64,000 nt of DNA from Phoronis australis (Eukaryota; Animalia; Phoronida): positions 580,094 through 644,093 of the forward strand of contig NMRA01000018.1 of the NCBI GenBank assembly GCA_002633005.1, in the 5' to 3' direction. This document shows, piece by piece, positions 1 through 12,200 of the stretch (within the stretch, counting starts at the first letter, position 1; every line of letters starts with the position of its first letter). Below the pieces are notes generated by a model. It searched no databases and was not told the origin of the DNA. It saw only the letters and a list, made by a program, of their open reading frames with translations. The translations under genes and the position numbers were made by a program.

Positions 1-63
1 ATGCCCATTATTACGCATACGTGGGCGTACAGATAAGAAAGGTAACAACCACTGCAGATTTAC

Positions 64-220
64 CTTTTGCATAACCTGAACAGTACCCCTCACTTTGTTT
101 GGTCCTTCGTCCTCACTGTCAGAGCTCGATGACGACCGGGACCTAGAGCGAGACCTAGACTTGGATCGGGATGCTGAGCTTGAACGCGACCTTGACCTTG
201 AGGAACCAGAACTGGACGAG
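64..220 (-). CDS. ACIN1: ACIN1 exon 11 (RS-rich)
   Basis: tttttctgtag|SSSSGSSRSRSRSSSASRSKSRSRSRSRSSSSSDSEDEG...QK|gtaaaa; phase 2 in. The exact donor is less certain because alternative GTs lie inside the exon. Confidence 0.8.
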
Positions 221-3200
221 CTACAGAAAAACAAACGTAACAGTAAGCACAACGTCACATAGATTGTTTTAAGTGTTCCAATGAAACACAGCTGCATCAT
301 CGGGCTTTTACACAGAACACTTCAAAATTACTTTTAGTCAACATTCAACTGTATCAAAGTTGGTAAACACTTACCCCAAGATAAAACAAAATTTTGATTT
401 CAGACACCATTATCAGTGATTTACTCAGACTAGAGGTAGGAGTGTTTAGCTACGAAATAGCACCCTGTACAAACAATGTTGTATCGTCCAATGTGGCAAG
501 ACTTTCCATATTTAGGATGAGATGAATCCTCCGTATACCAGGACATACAAGTGTTCTCTGAGGGCTACATATGCTGGAGACCATGACCAGTGCTTGAAAT
601 ACCTTGGCAGGGTCAAGTGAGATTAGCTAGACTTTATTAGAGCAATAACACATTACCTGTTCTTCCAAAGTCCAGAAATAAATTTTTATCTAAATAAGGG
701 AAATTTGAGGCTAATTTCATCTTGAGGCTAACTTCATCACTGGTAATCGGTCTAAACTAAAAGTTTTTGACGGACTTTGAAGGTGTGTTCGAAGAAGCTT
801 TCAAAAACTTGTAATATACCCTACTCCCTCACCCACCAAAAAGCAACGCAGAGCATTGAAATGCCCCTACGACTGCACCAAAAATGATATGCTTCTAGGA
901 GTGTTATAGGTTAAATAGAATCCTATTTGTCAATTCAAACGTAAACTATAGAATTGCCATTACAAGGCACTGTCCTAGGTGAATCCGTCCAAACATAGTT
1001 GTCATCTATTGCCATGTTCACTTGACATAATTCACAAAGATCCTTCACAAGGTTTAGAAGATATAACTGCCGATGCAAACAAATTGCCACTAGGGGAGCC
1101 ACAGTAGTCTGACCTGTCGAAAAATGAACATTTATTGTTCTGTTGTCACTAGGAAAAAATTACCAATTACCTTGATCTGTTGTCAGAGCAGTCTTGTGAA
1201 TAGAGATGTTGAAGCCAAATAAATGCGAAAAAATGGCCTCAAGGTGGCGATGATTACGTTTAACAGGTGTCACTAGATGGCGCAAAACACACAGAATACA
1301 TCCAAAAATGGGAACATACCATCGTTTCTTTAACAGAAAGCAATTTACCAAATTTCATAAAAACTGTCAGGAACTTCAGAGAAACAAAGGAAAACGGGAA
1401 AAGATGAAATTTCCACTCGGGGCACAGCGTTCGCCGGATCCGTCTGAAAGTCGTCGTCGTCTGTTAAGTTCATATAACTACACTCACTTTATTAGATCCT
1501 GCAGTGGGTTTAGGAGATGCAACTATGGGCAAACTGCCACTAGGGACTCCAGAGTAATCGAAGTCGTCATCGTCAACTGCCCTCTTAACACTACGAACAT
1601 AAACGCCAATTTTCAAAATAATCCTTAGAATGTTTTTTTTTTGACGTCTACCCCTCTATCAACCAAACCAGACTCGAAAAAACAGCAAAAATGGCCAAAA
1701 GGTGGCGCAAAATACCTCGAAACCATCTGAAAACGGGAGGATTGCACCCTCTCAACAATAAATGCCTATATTCCAAATTTTATGAAAATCCATTGAGGAC
1801 CTTAGAAGATATAAAGGTAAACATAAAAAACTAAAACTGCCACAAGAGGGCACACTGCTGGTTGGATCCGTTCTAAAGTTCACTCATGTCGTCACATCCA
1901 TTAAACGAACACACATGCAAAATTTCATGCACATACAACAAAGAGTTTTGGAGATAGAGCAGCAGAAGCCGGACGGACTGGGAGCATAAAAAGTACAGCA
2001 GAACTAATTCTGAAAATCACGTGAGCCCATCGGACCATTTTTAATATTTACACAGACAAATGCAGAGAGGTCGTGAATGTTGCTTAGATTTTCAAAAACA
2101 CTACGTAACACCATTTGAAACATATATACCTTGAGGAAGACGACCTTGACCTGGCCTTCTTATTACCTGATGTCTGTTTACCAGCTTTGCTCCCTGCAAA
2201 TAAGGCCAAGAGTTGAAATGCCTGCCAGCATCATTCAGCAAAAGTACGACATGCAATTACTCTGCCCCTTTGCTAATAGCTCACTGAATATCACAATCAG
2301 GGATTAAATTTCCCAAGGCAGACAATTTTCATTATCTCAAGTTCATTAGCACCAGTCATGCATTATTAAGGTTCAGACAGACCGTGAACAATATATATTG
2401 ATGATGAAAGTACAGGATACATCTCAAGCAATAATGCTTATCTATAGAGTGGACCACACAACTGCAATAAGAAAATAGGAGACGGAAAATGATATAAATG
2501 ATAAAAGGACATGTTGCTACATAAAAAGATACAATCAGTGTGATAATGGTTGAGCATGGGTATACAATGACAAAGATATGAAAATTTTGGTGAACATGGC
2601 AACACATTGTTGTATAAACCGATTACACAATTAACAATCGGTTTAATGTTATAAAGCAGAGCATTCTACTCTTCACGTGGCAAGAACAAAAACTGCTTAG
2701 CATGAGAAGCAGACCTGTGTCTCTGTAACAGAAGAATGAGCTGCAAGTATTAGCGGCAAGTGTGGAGCGAACTGCAGGTGTGATATTTGTGGTCAGGTAT
2801 TCAGATGCATCATCTTGGTAACACTTGATATCCAAACACAAACATCTTAATTAATAATTTGTTAATAGGCATCTAGTTAAATTCTGTGAACATCCTGACA
2901 ACTAGGAGTATAAAGTCGAGTAACCTGAGCAATACAAACATTGAGATAACACACAAGAACGAGGTTCATGCAGGATGTCAAAAATGGCATCTATAACCAA
3001 TGGTGTATGACTGCAGTTTTATGACCAACGTCAAATTGCTGTTATAGTGCAGTATGGGTCTGTAATCGATTTTATAGTATTTCAAATCATGTTTTAACTA
3101 ACTTCCTAATCTGGACAGCTCGTGGAGCTACCAGACCTGCAGTTAGCGAGTTTACTTGGCCGTCTAAAAGCTGAACACAGCCTCCAAAACCTGAACAGGT

Positions 3201-6200
3201 CGTCCTAGCTGGGGTGGTTAAATTCTGGACCCTGCTACATGGAGGCAAACTGTGTCCAACCCCTTTAACAGAGATGTCCACATTTAACACTCACGCTTTG
3301 CTGTGGAAAACATGATCTGGATTAGTTTAAAATTACAGTTGCAAGAGTGATCACATAATATTCAAGAAAAAAAATCAAACAGGATTTTATGGTTTACTAA
3401 TTGACAACGCTACTACTTAGGATAGTACAATTGGTGACCAGAGGGGGTGGAACGGGGGGAGCGATTTCAAAAAATCCCCCTTCAGAAGGAACAAGCCCAT
3501 TTTCCTTTGGCGAGTGAGTGAAGACCTCACTACACCAAAGTCAGATATTTCCCAAATGACTGCACACACACACACACACACACCTGACGAGCTTTTGTCT
3601 GGCTCAACACTCTTTTCTGTACCACCAGACCCTTCCGTGTCCTCATGCTTCTCCTCAACTTCCATCTGACAAGAAGAAGAATGCTGCAGTTTATACTCAA
3701 ACTAAAAACTCCTTCGGAGACGTCAAGTCTACTTCACCGGTTCAAAAACCACACAAGCTGAACTGGTGAACGACATAGATTTTCCAAACATATACAAAGC
3801 AAGAAAATTAGTGAAACCGTCTCTGCATGCACTTGCCTTACAAAATTCCATATAAAATGAAGTATTTTTGAAAAAATGAATTTGTTAGTAAATTAAACAA
3901 TAAGTACAGATCCATAACTACTACCATTCCTTTTATATCGATGTTATGGCTTAAAAGTTGATTTTATACAGTCACATCTCCACCACAGAAAAAGAATGGC
4001 ACACCCTTCCTGTAATTTATCAAATTTATTTTCCTCTACAAACTAGCATACATAATCAGCCAATATCCACAACATGAGTGGTGAACTTACAAGCACACAT
4101 AAACAGGCAACTCACATTGTCCTCGCCTTCGTTACTTCTTGTCCCTTTTCCCGTTCTCTTGCTTTGCTCCTCCTCCAAAGTTCCACCCTTTCCTTTGTCC
4201 TCCACTTCCATGGCTTCACCTACTTTCTTCTCCTGTGCCTCCATGACCCCACCGACCTCGATGGCTCCACCTTCTTCCTTCTCTGCCACTTCCATGACCT
4301 CACTGACCTCCATGGCTCCACTCTCTTCCTTCTGCCCTGCCTCCGCGACTCCTCCTACCCCCACGGTTCCGCTCTGCTCCTCCTTGTGGGCCACAGTAAT
4401 AGCTGCTGGCTCTACTTCTTTTCTATCATTGCACCTCTCCTTCCCCTTTGGCTTTGACTCGTTCGTCTCACTAAGCACTTTCTCTTCTTCATTTTGACTC
4501 TCCGATTTCCTGTTAGTTGCGTTATCATTCTTCATTTCTACCTTATCCTCTTCATCTCCTTTCGTCATTTGTCTACCATCTACTTGCCGATCTGCCTCTG
4601 AACACTCAGTCGTCTGTTTGTCCGTCCCTTCGTCTGTGGTCTGTTTACCAGTCTGGTCATTCGTTGTTTGTTCGTCAGTCTGCTTATTAATGCATTTGCC
4701 AGTCTCTCCGTCACTAAGTGGTGCCGCAGGCACTCCTTCATCTACACCGGTCATCTTGTTACCAGAGTCTCCTGCAACCTTGGCATCTGGAGGTTAGTAA
4801 ACAAAAAAAAACTGCTACACATTGATTGAATATGAACAACCACACATATACGTTGGCCAACACAAAGCTATGGACATTAGTGTGCCAAATACAATAACTA
4901 ATTGCAAATTACTCAAATTACAACAACAAATTGCCCACAGAAGAGCCCAAGAAGTAGTCAGCCATTTTTTTTTTTAGGAAATGTACAGCTGACCTTGAGA
5001 GGTACTTTGATGAACTTTGTACAATTCAATCATTTTAAAACATTACTTGAATTTATTTACAGCCCTTCGATGCTTTTTACAGACTTTATCTCCTACGAAA
5101 AAATATACAACACCCATCATATATTATCCACGAGAGTTATACTTTATAGAACAGCCTAACACTCAGCAGTGTTCTCTACAATAGATATTCCAAACTCGTT
5201 GCAAACTTTCATCTGAGTTATAATTTGAATGGTGAACACTGTCCCTACCAAACACACTTCATTGGAGATATTGATTTATGTTGTACAATTAACTGGGGTT
5301 GACATACTTTCAGTGACACCTGTTGTCCAGTTGAACAATTTCCATTTTAACCACTAGACGTCACTCAAAATCAAAGTAATCTTTAATAACGCATAGTCAA
5401 AGCGTTCCTTTAGATGTTCACATGCAAAATTTTAAGGTTACAATAACAAAAATGAGTAGTTATTCACTAAAACTAGAAAAGTTGACTCCATGAACTTTTG
5501 TTATTAAGAAAATTTTGTCAGATTTTTTTCTTAGCAATAGTGAACACCAGTTATTTGTCACAAAGAGTATTTAACATAGCGTTAACTGATGAACTTTCAA
5601 AGAAACTGGTTAAAGTTGGGTAAGTTGGCATTTGTAGTCAGAGAAATCTGGCTTTGCTTTGTTGCGGAGTGCTGAACTCACAAAATTTCAATTTAAGTGC
5701 AATAGAATTCAAACCTGACGAAGGGCAACTAAACTTGAGGCTGCTAAAATTCAAACACGTTAGCGCGTCTAGTTAAAACAGGCTGTGGAGAACACTGCTC
5801 AGTGATTTGTTTTCCAACTCCCAGTAATAGCAGGATTCTGTTCACCCAACACATAAATTACGTGAACCACAATCTTACCCGACTTCGCTGCCTCTTCCTC
5901 AGTGCTTGTGGAGTTTGTTGAGGTTCCCCGGCGAGACCTTCTAACAGGTGGCGCCGGTGTATCAGACGACTCTGAACTTACATTGCGACGCAATTTTCTC
6001 CTACCTATAGAGAGATGGATAACCACTTATCGCCAGCAATGGGCTACAGCACGGTGCAGTAATCTCATACCGTTTTTAATTGCAGAGGTGACACCAAGAA
6101 AACCATTGAAATTCCGTGACTACCCAAGTCATAACATATAGTCTAGAAAGCTACTAACGATGCAAACAGAAAAGTACAGCCAACCCCTCCAAATGAGAGA

Positions 6201-9200
6201 TCTATCAAATCATCAATCATTTACTGCTTCAGTGTTTTCCATAAATGAATTGAAATAGTCACCAAAATGGACCCCACAAAAGGTTACCGTATGTCTATAT
6301 CACAGCTACAGTACTGACATCAGGGCTTGGAATGACCAATGACATAGGGGCACCTTCCAAGAACACCTCAACTTACCACCAGATGGCGCTGGAGGCTCTG
6401 CAGTCGCCATGGTTTCCTCCTGTTTTTCCTCAGTTTTCTCAGCTGTCTTTGCCGTGTCACCCGATGGACCACCTTGTGGCTCCTTCACGTCACTAGATGG
6501 CACCTGATCTTCAGACGGTTTACGTAGTTTTTCAGGGCTTGACTCCTAGGTTTCCAAAAGATAAATATTATTCGCCTAATCTTTGAGTTATTAAATTTTC
6601 TTAAGTGAACTAAGATGTAACGTATTTAATATCACAGGCCAAGAATGACTAAAGCTTCACAAAAAAACCCTTAAGCCGGACGGGCAAAAACAACTTCTTG
6701 GTTTTACTCAAAGTTCCAAAACATAAGAGCCAAAAATCTGTCAACACAATCCGAAAAGCACTTACTGCCTGTTCCACTTCTTCTATGGTCGATGTCTGAC
6801 TGTCTTCCTCCTCCTCTTGAGAGTCTTCCGTGTCCGCTGCACTCAACGCTTGCTCTTCTGAAATGTCATGCAATTCCCACTATTTACACAGCATTTCTAA
6901 TGTCAAGCACTCCACAAACTAATTAAAATCATCTCAACCTCAAATGTACTTCCACGTTTATTAATTATCTATCTTAGTTAAAGTGACAGCCGCTAACATT
7001 GAAAATGGGCCGTCTTAACGAAAAATTAGAGAGCTACGAACTTCATTGAGAGCCATCTAAACCTCAATAAGATACATGTTGAGGTAAATGCGCTAGACAC
7101 TAAAAAAGCCATGGCACAAGTCTGCAACAAGATTGATCACAAATTGCTTCAAGGGCCAGCAGTAATCAGACACATCTAGTACTGTTTTAAAATTAAACAT
7201 TTATCTCACACTCTGAATCCCAGGTGAGTTAAAATGAAAGCTAGCCTTGGCAGCTAGCTAAACCTGAACTCTACAGAGAAACAGCACACTACCTTCCACT
7301 GTCTGTTTCGTAAGCCGCTTACTGAGCTGACAGTTTCACATTATAGGACTACAGACAGTTATTTGGTACAACTTAAACAGTAACAACTACATGCACATCT
7401 CCATGGCAACAGAATATGAGTCATCTCAATCATCAACTGACAAGATCAGACTTGGCATGAAAGGTAAAACCTGTGTTCTAAATGAATGCTAATGAGAATA
7501 CACTAAGCATCATGGATGTCTGTCCAAGTTATCTGCGTATCTCAACACAAACTGTAGTTACAAATTGAAGTTGGCATACTCAGAGTCAGAGCATTTTGGG
7601 CAGTTTTAACTTGTACTTTTTTATTGAAGCCACTAGAGCTTTATACATTGGTAGTTAACGTTTTAAGAATCTCAACAAAAATCTTCCTTCGTTATTAAAA
7701 CAAATCTGTAAAGAAAATGCTTGAAAAAATGAGCACATTTAAGAATTCTAAGCTTTTGAAAAATAGCTATTTTACGCAATTATTTCAGACTCTTAATTAA
7801 AAATCTTTACGATGCCACACCATGAAATGACAATAGCCATAATTAAAGTAGTTCATGTGTATAAACAAAATTCTCAACAGACTATTCACAAAAACAATGT
7901 TAACTATCCAACTGATCAGACATGGAGAAAGTAAGATACCTGATATTCAGGGGGGCTGACATTATTATCAAATTAGTGTCAAACGCCATGTCAAAAAGTT
8001 CAAAGACTCAACTGAAATATAGCAGTTGTGGCAGTACCAGATAACCTTCAACCAGTGCAATCAAAAACCAGGTGTCTCCTTCCACTCAACAGTTGCTTTG
8101 ATATGACAAAGAATCTAACAAAGGCAGATAGACTCCTCCTCTCAGTTTCATTAGCTGCACATATGACAAAAAGGTCTTTCCCACTGCCTTAGTGGGAACA
8201 ATTAACAAGGATCTTTTATTGAAGTTAACAGTGCTAGTTAACTCCGCAGTTAAAGAGGTGAATTTAACACTTCGGTATTATGAGAACACTTAACTTCAAT
8301 GCTATCGGTGCTATCAGCAGGTGTTACTGCGTTTGCCAACAGCCGGCACTAACTGGTTAATATTTTGTTCCAATATTTATTACTTTGGGAGTGTAAGCAT
8401 TCTGTTTCACTTTGTCCAAGTGTTTGCTGGAGTCTTTACTTAAAAGAAAAAAAACATTTAACATTATGACAGAGCACTGTCCATATTTGCAAAAGGTGAA
8501 GGTCATATTAGTGCCCCCTTGTGACAACTTTGCAGAACTTTAACTCCGAAGTTGATGTGAACACTCACCCTTAATTTCGGGATTAACCAGTTTTGATTGT
8601 AGCTAACTGCATGAGAAAGGGCTTAATAGATAAGTCACTTGGTTATTAGATAACACATTTTATTATCAGCAGTTAGAACAAGAACATGTGATTTCGTAAA
8701 CCTCCTGGAAAATGATCATAAATTTTCGATATAGGCAAGTATTAAAATGGAGTCGTATTTCATGTTAAAAGAACAACAAGAGCAACGCAGAGTGTTGAAA
8801 TGCGCCCACGAAAGCACCGCAAACGATGTGCTTCTAGAGTTTTCATTTCTATCATGCACATTGCCACTAGATGGCGCAACACGTCCATTCCATCTGAAAA
8901 CGGTTCATTAATAGAAAGCTATCAACCAAATTTCCTAAAAATCTGTCAAGGAACTTCAGAGAATCAAAGGAAAGCGGAAAAAATGAAATTGCCACTAGGA
9001 GGCGCAGCATCCGCCTCAAAGCCGTCGTCTATTGCAAGCTTCTTACTTCATATAAATACACTTACTAAATTTAATAAAGATCCTACATCGGGTTGAGGAG
9101 ATACAGCTACGGCCCCAAAACAAAATCACCACTAGGAGGTGCAACGGTAACCAAAGTTGTCAGCATAACCAGCCCCTTCACACTGACAGGGCTTGGAATG

Positions 9201-12200
9201 ACCAATGACAAAAAACGCGGAAACTTTTACGGCCCAAAACATGCGCGCTACCCAGCCTTGAAATAGTCGATGCCAACCTTTCGCCGACAAAAATCGGGAT
9301 TAAAAAAAAACATCAGTAGCATGCGTCTGCGTCTTTTTAGCTCGTCGTCCACTCCCACCCCCACACATTTTTGGCTGCAGAGTCGTAGTATTTGTCACCG
9401 CGGTTTACAATCACACGGAACGCCATTGAAAATCCCACCACGCTATCCCAGATGCCCCGGCAATGTTGACAATTTACGATCCTCCGAAACATAAAGAGCA
9501 ACTTCCGCTTTTCGAGGTGAACGTCGTCGGCAACACTGCGGTAAGAAAGGAATTTGCAGCGGAAATTTTATATCAAATCAGATTTCTTTTACGCGGAAAT
9601 ATAATAAAATGCGCGGACAGAACATTTGAAAAAAGCGGAAATCCACGTTTCCGCAGAAAATTCCAAGCCTTGCNTGCGCCCACGAAAGCACCGCAAACGA
9701 TGTGCTTCTAGAGTTTTCATTTCTATCATGCACATTGCCACTAGATGGCGCAACACGTCCATTCCATCTGAAAACGGTTCATTAATAGAAAGCTATCAAC
9801 CAAATTTCCTAAAAATCTGTCAAGGAACTTCAGAGAATCAAAGGAAAGCGGAAAAAATGAAATTGCCACTAGGAGGCGCAGCATCCGCCTCAAAGCCGTC
9901 GTCTATTGCAAGCTTCTTACTTCATATAAATACACTTACTAAATTTAATAAAGATCCTGCATCGGGTTGAGGAAATACAGCTACGGCCCCAAAACAAAAT
10001 CACCGCTAGGAGGTGCAAAGTAACCGAAGTTGTCAGCATAACCAGCCCCTTCACACTGACAGGGCTTGGAATGACCAATGACAAAAACGCGGAAACTTTT
10101 ACGGCCCAAAACATGCGCGCTACCCAGCCTTGAAATATTCGATGCCAACCTTTCGCCGACAAAAATCGGGATTAAAAAAACATCAGTAGCATGCGTCTGC
10201 GTCTTTTTAGCTCGTCCGTCCACTCCCACCCCCACACATTTTTGACTGCAGAGGCGTAGTATTTGTCACCACGGTTTACAATCACACGGGACGCCATTGA
10301 AAATCCCTCCACGCTATCCTAGATGCCCCGGCAATGTTGACAATTTACGATCCTCCGCTTTTCGAGGTGAACGTCGTCGGCAACACCGCGGTAAGAAAGG
10401 AATTTGCAGCGGAAATTTTATATCAAATCCGATTTCTTTTACGCGGAAATATAATAAAATGCGCGGACAGAACGTTTGAAAAAAGCAGAAATCCACGTTT
10501 CCGCGGAAAATTCCAAGCCTTGCACTGAGTACACACCAATTTTCAAAATCATTCTTAGAATGGTTTGGTTGATAGAGGGGTGGACGCCAAAAAACAGACT
10601 TGAAAACAGTAAAATGGCCACTAGGTGGCACAAAATACCTAGAATGCATCCGAAAACGGGAGGATAGTGTCATCTCACCAATAGGTGCCTAGTATATCCC
10701 ACGTTTTATGAAAATACGCTGAGGACCTTTTAAGACACAAAGATAAACGTAAAAAATTTAAACTGCCTCTAGGGGGTGCTCCAGTTATTCGATACTATGC
10801 GAAAGTCATCACTGTCCTTTACCACCATCATATAGATACACTTGCTAAGTTTAGTAAAGATCCCGCAAACTGTTTAGAAGATACGGCCATGGGCGCAAAA
10901 AACAAACAAAACTGCCACTTGGAGGTGCCGAAGTAGTCCTCTAGATGGTAAGAACATACATGCCAATTTTCCCAATTATCCTTAGAGCGGTTTGGTTTAT
11001 AGAGTTGTGGATGCCAAAGAACATACTCAAAAACAGTAAAAATGGCCACTAGGTGGCGCAAACTACATCGAATCCATCCGAAAATGAGAGGAGAGATTTA
11101 CCTCACCAAAAGATGCCTATATTCCAAATTTTATAAAAATACCTTGAGGACTTCCAAAGATACAGAAGTAAGCGTAAAAAATTAAATTGCCACTAGGAGG
11201 CACACCAGCAGTCGGAGCTGTCCGAAATTCGTATTCATCGGTTGTGAGCTTCATAGGAACACAACTGCCAAATCTCATCAAGATCCTGTGAGGGGTTTAG
11301 GAGATACAGCTCTGGACGCCGAACGCCCGGACAGACAGAGATGACTGCAATATGCGACCACATATAAATTTGTGGGCGCATTAAAACCACTTTCAAAATT
11401 AAGACAGAGCAATAATGAGCATTAAAATGCAGCCATCGTTGCACCGCAAACGGAAGGCTTCTCGGGTGTTTATAAGTATCATGAAAATGGCCATTAGACA
11501 AGCACAAGTTCATTAGCCAGTCGCCAAGATGATGGGGCACTCTGTTTTTCTGTAGAGTTCAATGAAATACATTGCTGGTCTGTTCACTGTGTTATTTTAC
11601 TTGGTAATTACATATCGTAAGCGGGTTCTCAGCACAGCAGCATTTTTGGAAATGGCACTTACCAAGAAAGTTTTTTCTGAGGCTCGTGATGAACAGACAG
11701 AAGTCTTAAATATATTAAAAAGCAACACCGAGACACATTTTCTAAGGACACGTGAGGATGATGAACAAGACAAAATTCATATTTACTTGCCTTATAACCT
11801 AAAATAAAAGGACTATCTCAGTCAATGACACTTTTACTTCTACTTAACAGTGCTACGTCATTAGATGGGTGGATACACAAAGTGGTGACGCGGCCCAAGT
11901 GGTATTGGCAGACTGCCAGTGTTTGTGGGTGTGTGGCGTATTCAGATTGAATAGTTTTTCGAAAATTTGTACTCCCAGTTTTGGAATCCTTTGTGATTAC
12001 TCAATGACGACCACCAACCCTGCCCCAAAGAACAGGCACTGGTGGACCAACTAACGAAGCACCTGAAAATGAGGCTCGTCGGTGATGGCGATACCCAGTG
12101 GCCATCCTGTGAAGATTATTAGAATACTACCCAATACTATTAAGAAAGTAATTACTCATTTCACGTACTCCAATGGCACCCAACGCACCTGAAGGGAACG

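Noticed and set aside
4074-4497. Plus-strand ORFs of 127 and 139 aa
   Set aside because: Antisense shadows of the repetitive ACIN1 exon 8.
8800-11540. Cluster of 60-119 aa ORFs
   Set aside because: All lie within HINE/MITE repeats and show no recognisable domains.
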